From an uncultured Acidobacteriota bacterium (GTDB taxonomy: Bacteria > Acidobacteriota > Blastocatellia > RBC074), in NCBI GenBank assembly GCA_963796275.1, contig CAWCKY010000006.1, positions 1,888,001-1,952,000 of the forward strand: a DNA stretch of 64,000 nucleotides, read 5' to 3'. The notes beneath the pieces are model-generated. The model did not search any database. It saw only the letters and a program-made list of their open reading frames with translations, and had not been told where the DNA came from. Position 1 is the stretch's first letter; each line of letters starts with the position of its first letter. The translations under genes and the position numbers were made by a program. Shown piece by piece: positions 13,159 to 24,682 of the stretch.

Positions 13159-13383
13159 ACCACAAAATGCACAAAGAGGACACAAAAGGCACAAAAGAGT
13201 CCGCTTCTTCTTCTTGCCTTTTATGACCTCTTCGTGATTTTTGAGTTTAATCTACTACTTCGCGGCCATATCCATTGTCGAAACCGGGCAGGGAATTCAC
13301 CACAAAAGTAAGAAAAGTGACCAGGAAAAACGCAAATATCCCTTTTGTGCTTTTGTGTCTTCCTTGTGATTTTTGTGGTGAAT
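13159..13383. repeat. Two tandem CACAAAA-type palindromic elements
   Basis: 13159-13250 is imperfect; 13295-13383 has a perfect 13-bp terminal inverted repeat ATTCACCACAAAA/TTTTGTGGTGAAT. Confidence 0.75.
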
Positions 13384-13403
13384 CTTCCTTACCATCGGTC
13401 CAA

Positions 13404-15834
13404 TTATTCGCACCTCAGCGCCACCATTGGATCAACCTTCGTCGCCCGCCGCGCCGGGATGTAACAGGCCAGCAAAGAGACGAGAGTGAGCAGTAGCGGA
13501 ACCAGAGTGAATATCAGCGGATCGAACGGGCTGAAACCGAACATAAGTCCCACCAGCATCATTCCCAACCCCAGCGCGGCAGCAATTCCAATCAGAATTC
13601 CTATCAGAACCAGCATCATCCCCTGTCTGATCACCAGCTTCACCACGTCAAGGGATTCCGCACCCAATGCCATCCGCACGCCGATCTCGTGCGTACGCTG
13701 CTTGACGATATAGCTCATCACACCGTAGATACCCAGCGACGACAGAATCAGACCGGCCAGCGCGAATGCGCCCAACGACAGCATCGCGAAGCGCAGTTTC
13801 GCTGTTGCCTCCGCGACAATCTGAGACATCGTCTTGATGTTGAAGATCGGCAGGTCCGGATCGCATTGGCGCACAGCTTCCCGCACAGAAGCAGTCAGCG
13901 AAGCGGGTTCAAGCGAAGTCCTGATCGCGAGCCGCAACGCGCCGCTCGGCCGTTGTCGGAGCGGCAGGTAAAACTCCTGGTCAGTATTGCCGCCGAGCCC
14001 CCAGAAATAACGGTCGCCGACGACGCCGACGACCTCGTACTGCACATCTCTCCTGGCAGGAAAAGTTAAGAGTTTTCCGATCGGGTTTTCATTCGGGAAT
14101 GCCATCCTGGCCAGCGATTCGTTTAAAATTATCACCTTGGGCGACTGCGCGACGTCGCGCCCGTCAAAGAAACGGCCGGCGCGCAATGGAATGTTGAGCG
14201 CGCGAAAGTAATCATCGGATGCGGTGCGCTGTATCCCACCGATCGTATAATCGAAATCACCGCCACGTACCACTACCTTCAGCGGCATAAGCATCGACCC
14301 GGTTGAACTTATCGACAAAGGCAGGTGATTGCTGGCGCCGGCAGTCTGCACGCCGGGAAGGGCGGAGACCCGTTCGAGGATTTTCTGATAGAGCGCGTCG
14401 AGTTGCATTTTGCCGGGGGAGGGCGACAGCTCCAGCGTCAAGACATGTTCGGCTTGAAACCCCGCGCGCAATTCCAGCATCCGCCAGAAGCTTTTGATCA
14501 GCAATCCCGCGCCGATGAGCAGCGCCAGCGTCAAAGAGACCTCGCCTATCAACAATATTTTCCGCAGCCGAGGCGCGCCGCCGCCGCTGAATTGCTTGCC
14601 CTCTTTGAGCGCAGTCGTTAAATCAGGGCGTGAGAACTGCCAGGCTGGCGCGCTGCCGAACAACATGCCGGTCAGTAATGTAATCGCAAGCGTGAACAGA
14701 AGAGCCCGCGTGTCGATGCCCGGCGCCCCGAGTTTGGTGAGCGGTTCGGGGTAGATGGCCGTCAAAGCGTCGATTATCCATGCCGCCATCAACAACCCGG
14801 CGGCGCCGCCGATCAGCGCAAGCAACAAGCTTTCGGTCAGCCATTGCCGTATCAAGCGCGAGCGGCTGGCGCCCAGAGCTGCACGCACGGCGACCTCCGA
14901 ACTGCGTGTCAGAGCGCGCGCCACATGGTTCGCTACGTTGGCGCAGGCGATCAAAAGAACGCACGCCACGGCGCCGAGCAATACCAGCAGGGGCTGCCGG
15001 AGATCACCGACAAAAAGATCGAGCAATGATTGCAATTCGATCTCAATGGATCCGCTAAACCTTTTTTCGGGATTTCGCGCTGCCTCATCTTGCCCGGCTT
15101 TCGTCAGCCGTTGGCCGATCACGTTCAGTTCCTTCTGCGCGCTCGCTTACGTGCCCCCATCCTTCAAACGGCCGATGACATGTGGGAATAACCCCTCCTT
15201 CGCCAGAAGATAATCGTCGGGCGAATACGGGATGAAGGCTTCCGGCTTCCGGCCATAGACCTGATAGTTGAACCAACTCGGTAAGACGCCGATCACCGTA
15301 AAACTCACTCCGTTCAATCGCACCGGCTTGCCCGGCAAGTTCTCATCGCCGCCGAAGCTTCTCCGCCATAACCCATGGCTGAGCACCAACAATCGCGTCT
15401 CCCCTCGTCGCACCTCATCGTCGCTGAACGACCGGCCAAGTGAAGGCTGGACGCGCAACAGCGGAAAGAAACCGGGCGTGACCTGCAAAATCTGAATGCG
15501 TTCCGGAGAAGCTTCGTCGCGCAGATTCACGCTGCCCGTATCAAACACCGCAACCGATTCGAACACATTGACCGGCTCGCGCCATTCCATGAATTTGCCG
15601 CCATTTTCCATGGGAAAAAGATTGAGCAGGTAGCCAGCGCCGTTGTTGATATACATCAACTGCTCCGGCTTCTCGAAGGGAAGTGGATGAAAGAGGGCCG
15701 CATCGATCACGCTGAAGATCGCCGTGTTCGCGCCGATTCCCAGAGCCAGCGTCAAAATCGCGATCGCTGTGAAGCCGGGTTTTTTCAACAACATTCGCGC
15801 GCCGTAGCGCAAATCCGCAAGCAGAGAACTTCAT
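13404..15834 (-). pseudogene. ADOP-type ABC permease with premature stop
   Basis: In-frame TAA at 15147-15149 between the two ORFs; +1 frameshift at 15827-15828 after the ATG at 15834; small deletion in the ANLLLAR motif. Confidence 0.8.
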
Positions 15835-15904
15835 GGTCTCGCCTCCTCAGAAAATGGTGTTCCCCTGGTACGTTGATAAGCTGGATTGCTAACCAAGTAC
15901 TGTA

Positions 15905-18409
15905 TTATTCGGATTTCAGGGCGATCATCGGATCCACTTTCGTCGCTCGCCGTGCCGGTATCCAGCACGCCAGTAAAGCGACGAACATCAGCAGTAATGC
16001 CACCGCGGCAAACGTCATGAGGTCGGTGGGGTTCACACCGTAAAGCATAGCGGAGATCGCGTGAGCTAAGGCGAAGGCTCCCGCCAATCCGAGAGCGACA
16101 CCCGCGAGTGCCAATCTCAAGCCTCCTCCGATGATCAGGCGAAACACGTCGCGGTTTTCCGCGCCGAGAGAAATGCGAATCGCCAACTCGCGCCTGCGCT
16201 CGGCGACCGTGTAAGCCATCACGCCATATATGCCCATTACGGCGAGTGTTAGCGCGACGGCGGCGAAGGCGGCGAAGATCACCAGGCTGAAGCGCGGCCG
16301 GTCCAGTGAGGACGAGAAGATTTGTTGGAGCGTGCGGAAGTTGACTGGGAGTTCCGAGTTGAGTGACTGGACTGTCTGGCGCACTGCGGGTGTGAGCGTC
16401 GCCGTGTCGGCCTGCGTTCGCACGACGATCGAGAGCGCCGAATACGGCGGGCGTTGGAGCGCGTTGGCATAAACTGTTGGCTCCACGTCCTGCTCCAGGC
16501 CCATGCCGCGCACGTCGCTGACGACGCCGACGATGTGCAGCAGACGCAGGTCGACGTCCATATTCCCGAACTGAATGCGCTTTCCTATCGGGTCTTCGTT
16601 CGGCCAATATTTCCGCGCGAGCGATTGGCTGATGACAGCCGAGTGCGGCGCATCAGGCCCGTCGCTCTCATCGAAAACGCGCCCTCTCAAAAGCGGGATG
16701 CCCATCGCGGCGAAGTAGCCGGCACTAGCAACGCGATAATCGGCGTATCCCGTATTTTGGTGGTTACCGTCAATCAGGAAAATGCCGTATCCGCGCTTGC
16801 CGTCCATCGGAACGCCGTTTACCCCACCGACCTCGAGGACTCCCGGTAACTGCCTGATGCCGTCGAGCAGTTGTCGGTATAACAGCCATTGCCGTTTCCT
16901 GAACTCTTCATATTCGGCCGGCTCGGAGATGGGGTCCGGCGCGAGACCTCGCATCATTCGGTCAAAAGCTTGCATGAATTGCGGCGTGCGGTCCGGGCCT
17001 GTGTACTCCGGCAATGATAAGTCCGCCATGAAGGCGCTCTCAGCGCGAAAGCCGGGATCAACCTGAAGCAGGCGATAAAAACTCTTGCCGAGCAACCCGG
17101 CTCCCGTGAGCAGGATGAGGGTCAATGCCATCTGCGCAACCACGAGTGTGCCACGCAACCGGGTGCTTATTGAATGTCCCAATTGACCGCGCCCGCCATC
17201 CTTCAGGTCGTCGTGCAAATCATTTTGCGAGAGCTGCGTGAGCGGCGACAGGCCGAGCATGACTGCTACGATCAGCGTCAAGCCGAGCGTGAAGCCCATT
17301 GCCCGCGCGTCCACACCGATCTCATCGGCTCGTGGCAGACTTCCGGGATTCAAACTGATCAACAGGTCTATCCCCCAGAGGGCGAAGACCACGCCGAGCA
17401 CTCCGGCAATCAAGGCCAGCAGAACGTTCTCCGTCACGAACTGCATCGCAAGTTTAGCCCGCGTCGCCCCGAGCGCTGCGCGCACGGCGAACTCTTTCTG
17501 CCGTACGGTGGCCTGCGCGATCACCAGATTGGCCACATTGGCACACGCCACCATCAGCAAAAAGCCAACGGCGGCGATGACGGTCAGCAGTACGTTCTTC
17601 GCGTCGCTCACCAAAAACTCTTGCAGCGGGATCGCTGCAATATCGACGGCATCCGCGGCAACCGTGGCATCCGCGTGATTGCCGTAGTCCTGTCTGATCT
17701 GCCCGGCGATAGCGCTCAGGTCGGCGAGCGCCTGTGCGAGCGTAACGTCCTCTTTGAGCCGTGCGATCACGTTCCAGTTGTGAGCAGAGCGGGAAGTCTC
17801 CGGCGGGAAAATCTCGCGCGGTATCCACACGTCGAACTCCTGCGGATAGCTGAAGCCCGGCGGCATCACGCCGACCACATCGAAACTCAGATCGCCGCTT
17901 CGCAGTTTCAGGTTGCCAAGGCCGGTGCGCCCACCGAACGCTCGCTGCCAGAAGCCATAGCTGATGACAGCGACAGGCTGGCCGCCGTCCCTGGCGTCAT
18001 CGGGCAGGAACGCGCGACCGGCGAGCGGCGTGACCCCTAATACGCGGAAGAAATCATTGGTGGCCGCGAGCATTCGGACGCGCAGCGGCTCGATGCCTCC
18101 TGTTACCGTCTGCGTACCCCCGCTGTACGCGGCGACCGCTTCGAGGGTGCGGGTGCTGTCGCGCACGTCGCGGAAGTTGGGATCAGTGAAGGCCATCCTT
18201 TCGCCATTTCCGTTCACCTCGCGCAGTTGCACGATCCGCTCGCTCTCAGGATATGGCAGCGAGCGCAGCAGCACGGCATCCACGATGCTGAAGATAGCCG
18301 TGCAGGCGCCGATGCCCAACGACAATGTCATCACGGCGATCAAGGTGAAGCCGGGTTTTTTTAATAGCATTCGCGCGCCGTAGCGCAAATCTTGAATCAG
18401 GGTTTGCAT
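15905..18409 (-). CDS. ADOP-type duplicated MacB/FtsX ABC permease (short N-terminus)
   Basis: [24 protein letters not shown] and [14 protein letters not shown] motifs; 834 aa. Confidence 0.93.
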   Translation of the reverse strand: MQTLIQDLRYGARMLLKKPGFTLIAVMTLSLGIGACTAIFSIVDAVLLRSLPYPESERIVQLREVNGNGERMAFTDPNFRDVRDSTRTLEAVAAYSGGTQTVTGGIEPLRVRMLAATNDFFRVLGVTPLAGRAFLPDDARDGGQPVAVISYGFWQRAFGGRTGLGNLKLRSGDLSFDVVGVMPPGFSYPQEFDVWIPREIFPPETSRSAHNWNVIARLKEDVTLAQALADLSAIAGQIRQDYGNHADATVAADAVDIAAIPLQEFLVSDAKNVLLTVIAAVGFLLMVACANVANLVIAQATVRQKEFAVRAALGATRAKLAMQFVTENVLLALIAGVLGVVFALWGIDLLISLNPGSLPRADEIGVDARAMGFTLGLTLIVAVMLGLSPLTQLSQNDLHDDLKDGGRGQLGHSISTRLRGTLVVAQMALTLILLTGAGLLGKSFYRLLQVDPGFRAESAFMADLSLPEYTGPDRTPQFMQAFDRMMRGLAPDPISEPAEYEEFRKRQWLLYRQLLDGIRQLPGVLEVGGVNGVPMDGKRGYGIFLIDGNHQNTGYADYRVASAGYFAAMGIPLLRGRVFDESDGPDAPHSAVISQSLARKYWPNEDPIGKRIQFGNMDVDLRLLHIVGVVSDVRGMGLEQDVEPTVYANALQRPPYSALSIVVRTQADTATLTPAVRQTVQSLNSELPVNFRTLQQIFSSSLDRPRFSLVIFAAFAAVALTLAVMGIYGVMAYTVAERRRELAIRISLGAENRDVFRLIIGGGLRLALAGVALGLAGAFALAHAISAMLYGVNPTDLMTFAAVALLLMFVALLACWIPARRATKVDPMIALKSE

Positions 18410-18505
18410 AATTCCTCAGAAAATGACCTGTTTTTACGATATTTATCAGGATCTGGCGGATCGAAATATATCTTGAAAAGCCCTGTAAATCGCGTCTGAA
18501 TGCAG

Positions 18506-20923
18506 CTATTCGCATCGCAGGGCGACCATCGGGTCCAGCTTCGATGCGCGGCGAGCCGGGACGTAGCAAGCCAACAACGCGACCAGCGCCAACAGCGCCG
18601 CCACGCCGACATACGTCACGGGATCGGTCGCACTCACGTTGAAGAGCAATCCGCGGATAAGCCTGGTCAACGCGAGGGCCGACGCCAGCCCGATCCCCAC
18701 GCCCGCCAATACGAGAACCATTCCCTGTGTAATAACCATCCGCAACACATCTCTGTTCTGCGCTCCAATAGCTACGCGAATGCCGATCTCATGCGTCTGC
18801 TGCGCGACGGCGTAAGACATCACGCCGTAAATGCCCGCTGTCGCCAACAGCAGCGCGAGCGCCGAAAAGAGTCCCAGCAGCAAAAGCGTGAATCGTTCCT
18901 GCCCGATCGATTGGGTCGTAATCTCGTCCATCGGACTGATGTTCGAGATAGCCAGGTCTTTATCAATCGCGGCGATCGCGCCCCGCAGCGCCTGACTCAG
19001 GCTCAACGGGTTGGCCGCAGTGCGGGCGACGATGACCATTCGTCGCGACGGTTGCTGGCGGTCGGGAAAGAACATTGAAACGCGGGCGTCCTGGTTCAGG
19101 CCGAAATGTTTGACGTCAGCCGTCAGGCCGACGATCTCGCGCCAGCCGTCGGGACGCCCGTTGCCGATGCGTTTGCCGATCAGCTCTCCATTTGGGAAGT
19201 GACGGCGCGCCGCGGCCTCGCTAATGATGACGACTTTGGGTGCATTCTCGTTGTCGCGTTCAGTGAACTCGCGCCCCGCGATGAGCCGCATGCCCATTGT
19301 GCCGAAATAACCGGGGCTCGCGGAGCTGATCCAGGCAACCGGGCGTTGATTGGGCGGCGGTTCGGGACGCCCTTCGATCACGAATCCGGCGTCTGAGTCG
19401 AAGCCCGCGAGCGGAAGCGACGAAACCACAGCGGCCGATTGCACGCCGGGCAGCGTCCTGACGCGCTCCAAAAGCTGGCTGTAAAAAGGTGCGATTTGAT
19501 CGCGTCCGGGGTAGACCGCCTGCGGCAATGTCACGACGGCGGTCAAAACGTTGCGCGGGTTGAAGCCCGGATCGACTCGTTGAAGCTGGATGAAGCTCCT
19601 GATCAGCAATCCCGCGCCGACGAGCAGCATCAGCGCCAATGCGATCTCGGCCACCACCAATGTGCTGAGCGCGCGGCGTCCGCTTCGGACACCCTGCGCT
19701 CCTTTGCCGCTATCGCGGAGGGATTGATTGAGATCGGCCTTGAAAAGCTGCCAGACAGGCGCGGCGCCGAACATCAATCCCGTCAATACCGTGGTCGCCA
19801 TCGTGTAACCCAATGCGCGCCAATCGATCCCGATCTCATCAATGCGCGGCGTTCCCTGCGGGCTGAAACTGACCAGCAGATAGACCAGCCAGTACGATAG
19901 CAACAATCCGACTGCTCCGCCGATCACAGCCAGCAATAGACTCTCCGACAACAGCTGCCTCGCGATGCGCCACTGGCCTGCCCCCAGCGAGGCACGGATA
20001 GCGATCTCCTTCTCGCGCACGGCCGACCGCGCCAGCAGGAGGTTCGCCACATTGGCGCACGCGATCAGCAGCACAAATGCGACGGCGACTAACAGCGCCA
20101 GCATCTGCGTCTTCACCGGTCCGACCAGAAATTCCTGGAGCGGAACGAGCGTAGCGCCGATCTTCGTGTTCGTATCGGGAAACTGCTGTTCGATGCGCGC
20201 GGCAATGGCGTTCAACTCGGTGCGCGCTTGCGCCTCGTTCGCTTCCGGTTTCAATCGCGCCATCACGCGGATTGTGATGCATCCGCGCTGGCATCCCGAA
20301 TTGAGGACAGGCTGGATCGGACGCCAGATATCGGCGTCGGCGATGATCGGAAACTTGAAGCCCGCCGGCATGACGCCGATAACCACGCGGCTCTCGCCGT
20401 TGAGCGAAATCCTGCGGCCTACCAGCGATGGATCCGCGCCGAAACTCTTCCGCCACAATCCGTGGCTGATAATGACAACGCTCTCAGCTCCTCGCTGATC
20501 TTCCTCCGGGCGAAACGAGCGACCCAGCGCAGGCGCGACGCCGAGCATCGCGAATGCGTCGTGCGAAACCTGAGCGCCGGCTAACCGCTCCGGCTCGCCC
20601 TGTCCGGTCAGAGTCGGCTGCCAGTTCTGAAACGCCACGACGTGATCGAACGAATTCGCTTGTTCGCGCCAGTCTTCAAAACCCGGAGGCGAAGTCCATT
20701 CATCCACCGGCCCGTTGCGCGCGCGATGGTCTTCCCAGATAGTCATCAGCCGATCGGCGTTCGGAAAAGGCAGCGGGCGCAGCAGCACTGAATTGACGAC
20801 GCTGAAGATCGCCGTATTCGCGCCGATGCCCAGCGCCAGCGTCAGGAGGGCAACCAACGTGAAGCCGGGCCTCTTCATCAATATTCGTGCGCCGTAGCGC
20901 AAGTCCTGCCAAACCATACCCAT
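18506..20923 (-). CDS. ADOP-type duplicated MacB/FtsX ABC permease (short N-terminus)
   Basis: Same family motifs; 805 aa. Confidence 0.93.
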   Translation of the reverse strand: MGMVWQDLRYGARILMKRPGFTLVALLTLALGIGANTAIFSVVNSVLLRPLPFPNADRLMTIWEDHRARNGPVDEWTSPPGFEDWREQANSFDHVVAFQNWQPTLTGQGEPERLAGAQVSHDAFAMLGVAPALGRSFRPEEDQRGAESVVIISHGLWRKSFGADPSLVGRRISLNGESRVVIGVMPAGFKFPIIADADIWRPIQPVLNSGCQRGCITIRVMARLKPEANEAQARTELNAIAARIEQQFPDTNTKIGATLVPLQEFLVGPVKTQMLALLVAVAFVLLIACANVANLLLARSAVREKEIAIRASLGAGQWRIARQLLSESLLLAVIGGAVGLLLSYWLVYLLVSFSPQGTPRIDEIGIDWRALGYTMATTVLTGLMFGAAPVWQLFKADLNQSLRDSGKGAQGVRSGRRALSTLVVAEIALALMLLVGAGLLIRSFIQLQRVDPGFNPRNVLTAVVTLPQAVYPGRDQIAPFYSQLLERVRTLPGVQSAAVVSSLPLAGFDSDAGFVIEGRPEPPPNQRPVAWISSASPGYFGTMGMRLIAGREFTERDNENAPKVVIISEAAARRHFPNGELIGKRIGNGRPDGWREIVGLTADVKHFGLNQDARVSMFFPDRQQPSRRMVIVARTAANPLSLSQALRGAIAAIDKDLAISNISPMDEITTQSIGQERFTLLLLGLFSALALLLATAGIYGVMSYAVAQQTHEIGIRVAIGAQNRDVLRMVITQGMVLVLAGVGIGLASALALTRLIRGLLFNVSATDPVTYVGVAALLALVALLACYVPARRASKLDPMVALRCE

Positions 20924-21054
20924 GCGGTCTCCATCTTTGAAGTAGCTAGAATTCGTATCGCTGACTACACCGTTTTGGGAAACGACCTTACACTACCGCC
21001 CGTGATTCCATTGTTAAATGGACTGGGAGCGCTCACACTCCCAGCTGTTCTCAG

Positions 21055-21168
21055 CCAAATTGTGTGCCAGTAGACAGGCCGAGTTAAATATCTGATTTAA
21101 TTGAGTATATATTTATTCTGGGCGATCCTGAGTGTCCGTTTATGGGATGACTGATTCCCAAAACCGAT
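21055..21168 (-). promoter_or_regulatory. Putative sigma54 promoter + IHF site + UAS upstream of the three-gene ADOP array
   Basis: TGGCAC-N5-TTGG (21069-21055); AATCAG-N4-TTA (21097-21085); GGGAT-N6-TTCCCAA dyad within 21132-21168. Confidence 0.6.
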
Positions 21169-21247
21169 TTGCCCGAGATCAGGCGCCCAGTCCTGAACCC
21201 TGATCGCTCAACGCTCTACACATAGTTGATGGATCTTTGCTTCTCCT

Positions 21248-21301
21248 ATGTTGACTATCTACAGGACATGGCTTAAATTGCTGTTGTTCATCAACAGGAG
21301 G
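21248..21301 (+). promoter_or_regulatory. sigma70-type promoter with putative PadR operators
   Basis: TTGACT-N17-TAAATT; perfect CTGTTG-N5-CAACAG at 21281-21297. Confidence 0.68.
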
Positions 21302-21303
21302 CA

Positions 21304-21420
21304 TTGGAACCTATAAGTAAAGATGTCCTGCCCGGCACGCTCAACCTGATGGTTCTTAAGACCCTGTGCAGCTCGGGCCTCATTGCTTGTTCCGGTTTAT
21401 TGAATTATGGGGGGGAACAC
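21304..21420 (+). pseudogene. Internally deleted padR, in frame with the downstream permease
   Basis: DVLPGTLNLMVLKTL matches the N-terminus of PadR 10179; the winged helix is missing. Confidence 0.8.
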
Positions 21421-24081
21421 ATGACCTGGTTACGAGTCTTCATCCATCGGCTGCGCGGGTTGATCTTGAAGAGAAAATTGGAGCAGGAGCTGGAGGACGA
21501 AATCCGCGCTCATCTCGATATGCAGATTGAGGAGAACCTGCGGCAGGGGATGAGTCCGGACGAGGCGCGATATCAGGCCCTGCGAAAATTCGGTGGTGTC
21601 GAGCAGGTGAAAGAAAGTTACCGGGATCGCCGCGGTCTGGCGGTAGTGGATTCAACACTTCGGGATTTACGCTACGCGTTGCGTATGCTGAGTCGTAGTC
21701 CAGGCTTCACTGCCGTGGCCGTGCTGACGCTCGCGCTGGGCATTGGAGCAAACACGGCTATCTTCAGCATGTTGGAGGGCGTTGTGTTGGCGCCGCTGCC
21801 CTATAGGGAGGCTGAACGTCTGGTCGTAGTGTGGCATAGCGATTCACGCGCTCCACGTATATTTCCTTCCGTGCCGGACTTCCATGACTGGCAACGCAAT
21901 GCCCGCTCATTTGAGCACATGGTTGCAATCGGATTCACGGCGCGTGATCTGACCAGTCCTGGGGCTCCCACGCATCTTGATGGAAGAGAAATCTCTCCCG
22001 CCTTTTTTAGTACGCTTGGCGTAAATCTAAGCCTCGGCCGCGAGTTTTCGTCCCAAGAAGACCAGCCTGGCGGAAATCGAGTGGTCATAATCAGCCACCG
22101 TCTCTGGCAAGATCGGTTCGGTGGAAGCCGGGATGTGCTGGGCCGATCGGTGATGCTGAACGGGATTGATCATACCATTGTCGGTGTTCTCCCATCCGGC
22201 TTTGAATTCGGAGGTGGTAGGGAAGCGGATGTTTTTACGCCATTTGGGCAGGGTAATCCTAAAGCTATCAACGATCGCGGTATCCATCCTGGATTCCTCT
22301 GTGTTGCGCGCCTGAAGCCCGGCGTCACTATCGCTCAGGCAAAGTTTGAGATGGCTACGATCCAGAATTCGCTAAGTCAGCTATATCCTTCAACAAGTCG
22401 AGGTTTAAGCGCAAATGTCGTGCCACTCAAGCAGGTAATCGTGGGGGACGCCGATGAAACACTCCTTCTTTTGATGGGAGCGGTGGGACTGGTTTTGCTG
22501 ATCGCCTGTGCAAACATAGCGAATCTTCTGCTGGCACGCGCAGAGGCGCGTTCGGCCGAGTTTGCCATCCGCATCTCTCTGGGGGCGAGCCGAAAGCATC
22601 TCGCTTCTCAATTGATTACCGAAAGCCTGCTGCTCACGGTTGGGGGAGGAGTCCTCGGGTTGGCGATGGCAAAATGGGCGGTAATTCCCTCTCTGGCTGC
22701 TGTGCCGATGAACCTACCACGGAGTGCAAACATCGGTGTGAACATATCAGTCCTCCTTTTCACCTTCGGACTGACAATCGTGGTTGGAATACTGTTCGGT
22801 CTGGCGCCGCTAGTGAAGAGTTCGAACCCGGACCTCCAAGGCTCATTGAAGGAAGGAGGTCGTGGCGTCTCGAAAGGCCAGCATAATGTTCAAAGGAGCC
22901 TGGTGATCGTCCAGATGGCGTTGACTCTGGTTTTACTGACGGGGGCTATGCTTTTGTTTCGGACGGTCCGCCACTTATGGGCGGTCGACCCTGGATTTAA
23001 TAGCCAGCGCATTATCACCTTCAGAGTGGGTATTTCGCCTGCACTGACAAAGACGGCTTTAAGTTGGCGAACTGCCTATCAGCAATTAACCGAGCGCATT
23101 CAGCATATTCCAGGAGTGCAAGCTGCAGCTTTTACCATGCTGGTGCCCCTAACATGGCAGGCCAACACCGCGCCTTTCTGGATTGGCCCAAAAGAAACTA
23201 CCTCCAGAGCAGAGGCGCCGCATCTACACTTGCAATGGACAGGGCCTGAGTACATCAAGACGATGGAGATACCGCTGCTTCGTGGGCGCTTATTGACAAT
23301 GGATGATACCTTGCAGTCTGAACCTGTTATTGTAATCGACAGCATTCTTGCGCAGACCTATTTCCCCGATAAGGATCCCGTGGGCCAGACCATTACATTT
23401 CCAATTTGGGGCACCGTCCGGATTGTGGGAGTAGTCGGGCATGTCAGACTGGCCGACGACGAAAATCGTACCCGGAATCAGGCTTACGCTTCCGTCTACC
23501 AGCTTCCGGATGATTGGGTGCCGGTATTCTACCCGGGGTTGACAATGGTAGTTCGAACGCAAGTCGATGGCGCAACCTTGCTGCCTGCGATGAGGGACAT
23601 AGTTTATGGAGCGGGGAACGACCAGCCCATCTATGATATTCGTACTATGCAGGAGATTATGTCAGAGTCGATCGCCCCGCGGCGTTTTCCCATGCTTTTA
23701 CTTGGAGCATTTGCTCTGCTGGCCCTGTTACTGGCGGCTGTGGGAATCTACGGCGTGATCACCTACATGACGATCGAGCGCACACACGAGATCGGGGTTC
23801 GCATGGCGCTCGGGGCCAACCGAGGGTGCATTTTGCGAATGATAGTCGGAGGAGGGCTCCGATTGGCTCTTATCGGCGTTGCAATTGGAGTGTCAGCCGC
23901 ATTGATTTTCGGCCGCATTATGTCGAGTTTCTCGCGTTTACTGTACGGGGTTCAGCCCTGGGATCCATTGACGCTGGTTGCCATCTCTCTGGTATTGATA
24001 TGCACGACCCTTTTGGCCTGTTACCTTCCTGCGCGCCGTGCCGCCGGCGTGGATCCGATGATTGCGTTACGGCACGAATGA
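21421..24081 (+). CDS. ADOP-type ABC permease (long N-terminal prefix)
   Basis: ELEDEIRAHL...ALRKFGGVEQVKESYRD prefix followed by two MacB/FtsX modules. Confidence 0.93.
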   Translation: MTWLRVFIHRLRGLILKRKLEQELEDEIRAHLDMQIEENLRQGMSPDEARYQALRKFGGVEQVKESYRDRRGLAVVDSTLRDLRYALRMLSRSPGFTAVAVLTLALGIGANTAIFSMLEGVVLAPLPYREAERLVVVWHSDSRAPRIFPSVPDFHDWQRNARSFEHMVAIGFTARDLTSPGAPTHLDGREISPAFFSTLGVNLSLGREFSSQEDQPGGNRVVIISHRLWQDRFGGSRDVLGRSVMLNGIDHTIVGVLPSGFEFGGGREADVFTPFGQGNPKAINDRGIHPGFLCVARLKPGVTIAQAKFEMATIQNSLSQLYPSTSRGLSANVVPLKQVIVGDADETLLLLMGAVGLVLLIACANIANLLLARAEARSAEFAIRISLGASRKHLASQLITESLLLTVGGGVLGLAMAKWAVIPSLAAVPMNLPRSANIGVNISVLLFTFGLTIVVGILFGLAPLVKSSNPDLQGSLKEGGRGVSKGQHNVQRSLVIVQMALTLVLLTGAMLLFRTVRHLWAVDPGFNSQRIITFRVGISPALTKTALSWRTAYQQLTERIQHIPGVQAAAFTMLVPLTWQANTAPFWIGPKETTSRAEAPHLHLQWTGPEYIKTMEIPLLRGRLLTMDDTLQSEPVIVIDSILAQTYFPDKDPVGQTITFPIWGTVRIVGVVGHVRLADDENRTRNQAYASVYQLPDDWVPVFYPGLTMVVRTQVDGATLLPAMRDIVYGAGNDQPIYDIRTMQEIMSESIAPRRFPMLLLGAFALLALLLAAVGIYGVITYMTIERTHEIGVRMALGANRGCILRMIVGGGLRLALIGVAIGVSAALIFGRIMSSFSRLLYGVQPWDPLTLVAISLVLICTTLLACYLPARRAAGVDPMIALRHE

Positions 24082-24189
24082 TCGCGGTCGCGGATAAGGC
24101 TAGTGTTGATTACACTGGGATCGTCCTATCGCAGTTACTACCAACCCAATCCAGTCCAATAGTCCTTTCACCATTTGATGGACCCGAAA

Positions 24190-24375
24190 GTATACGACTG
24201 CGAGATGCATGTGAAATTCGCGAATTTCCTCTATTCCCATTTCCTTTGGATGCCTCACCTTGCGAAAAATGTGAAACGTTTAATCCCCTGGACATAGGTT
24301 TGCTCCGTGGCTAAACTTAAGTGGTGCAGCCGCATCAGCTCAAAGTTAATCAAGAGGTTTTGGTTTGGCCAGGAT
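24190..24375 (-). pseudogene. intI: N-terminal remnant of an integron integrase
   Basis: Frameshifted translation KPKPLD*L.ELMRLHHLSLATEQTYVQGIKRF..F.KVRHPKEMGIEEIREFHMHLAV fits the IntI N-terminal domain; homologous to 63900-63940. Confidence 0.8.
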
Positions 24376-24512
24376 ATTCTCCGTCAAATTGTTATCAGGT
24401 AGGGGGTTGGCCGTACCGGCATTTCGGTATCACACTTTCTGCTACACAGGAAGAATTGTTTTACTGAGTTGGGGCTATGAGTATTCTGCGGCGCTCTGCC
24501 CGTCTATCAACT

Positions 24513-24544
24513 AAATGGGCAGATGGGCAAATGGGCAAATGGGC
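24513..24544 (+). repeat. (AAATGGGC)x4 tandem octamer
   Basis: Read directly from the sequence; one mismatch. Confidence 0.85.
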
Positions 24545-24682
24545 TATTGATGAGGCCAATGCCAGGCCCAAACAGGAAACTCCTCCAAAATGAACCGGTG
24601 TATACGCTGCCTCTCGAACGGTGGTGTCTAGGCGCAGCGGTCGTGGCCACGGTCGTGGCCGTTCTAATATCTGGAGGAACAA

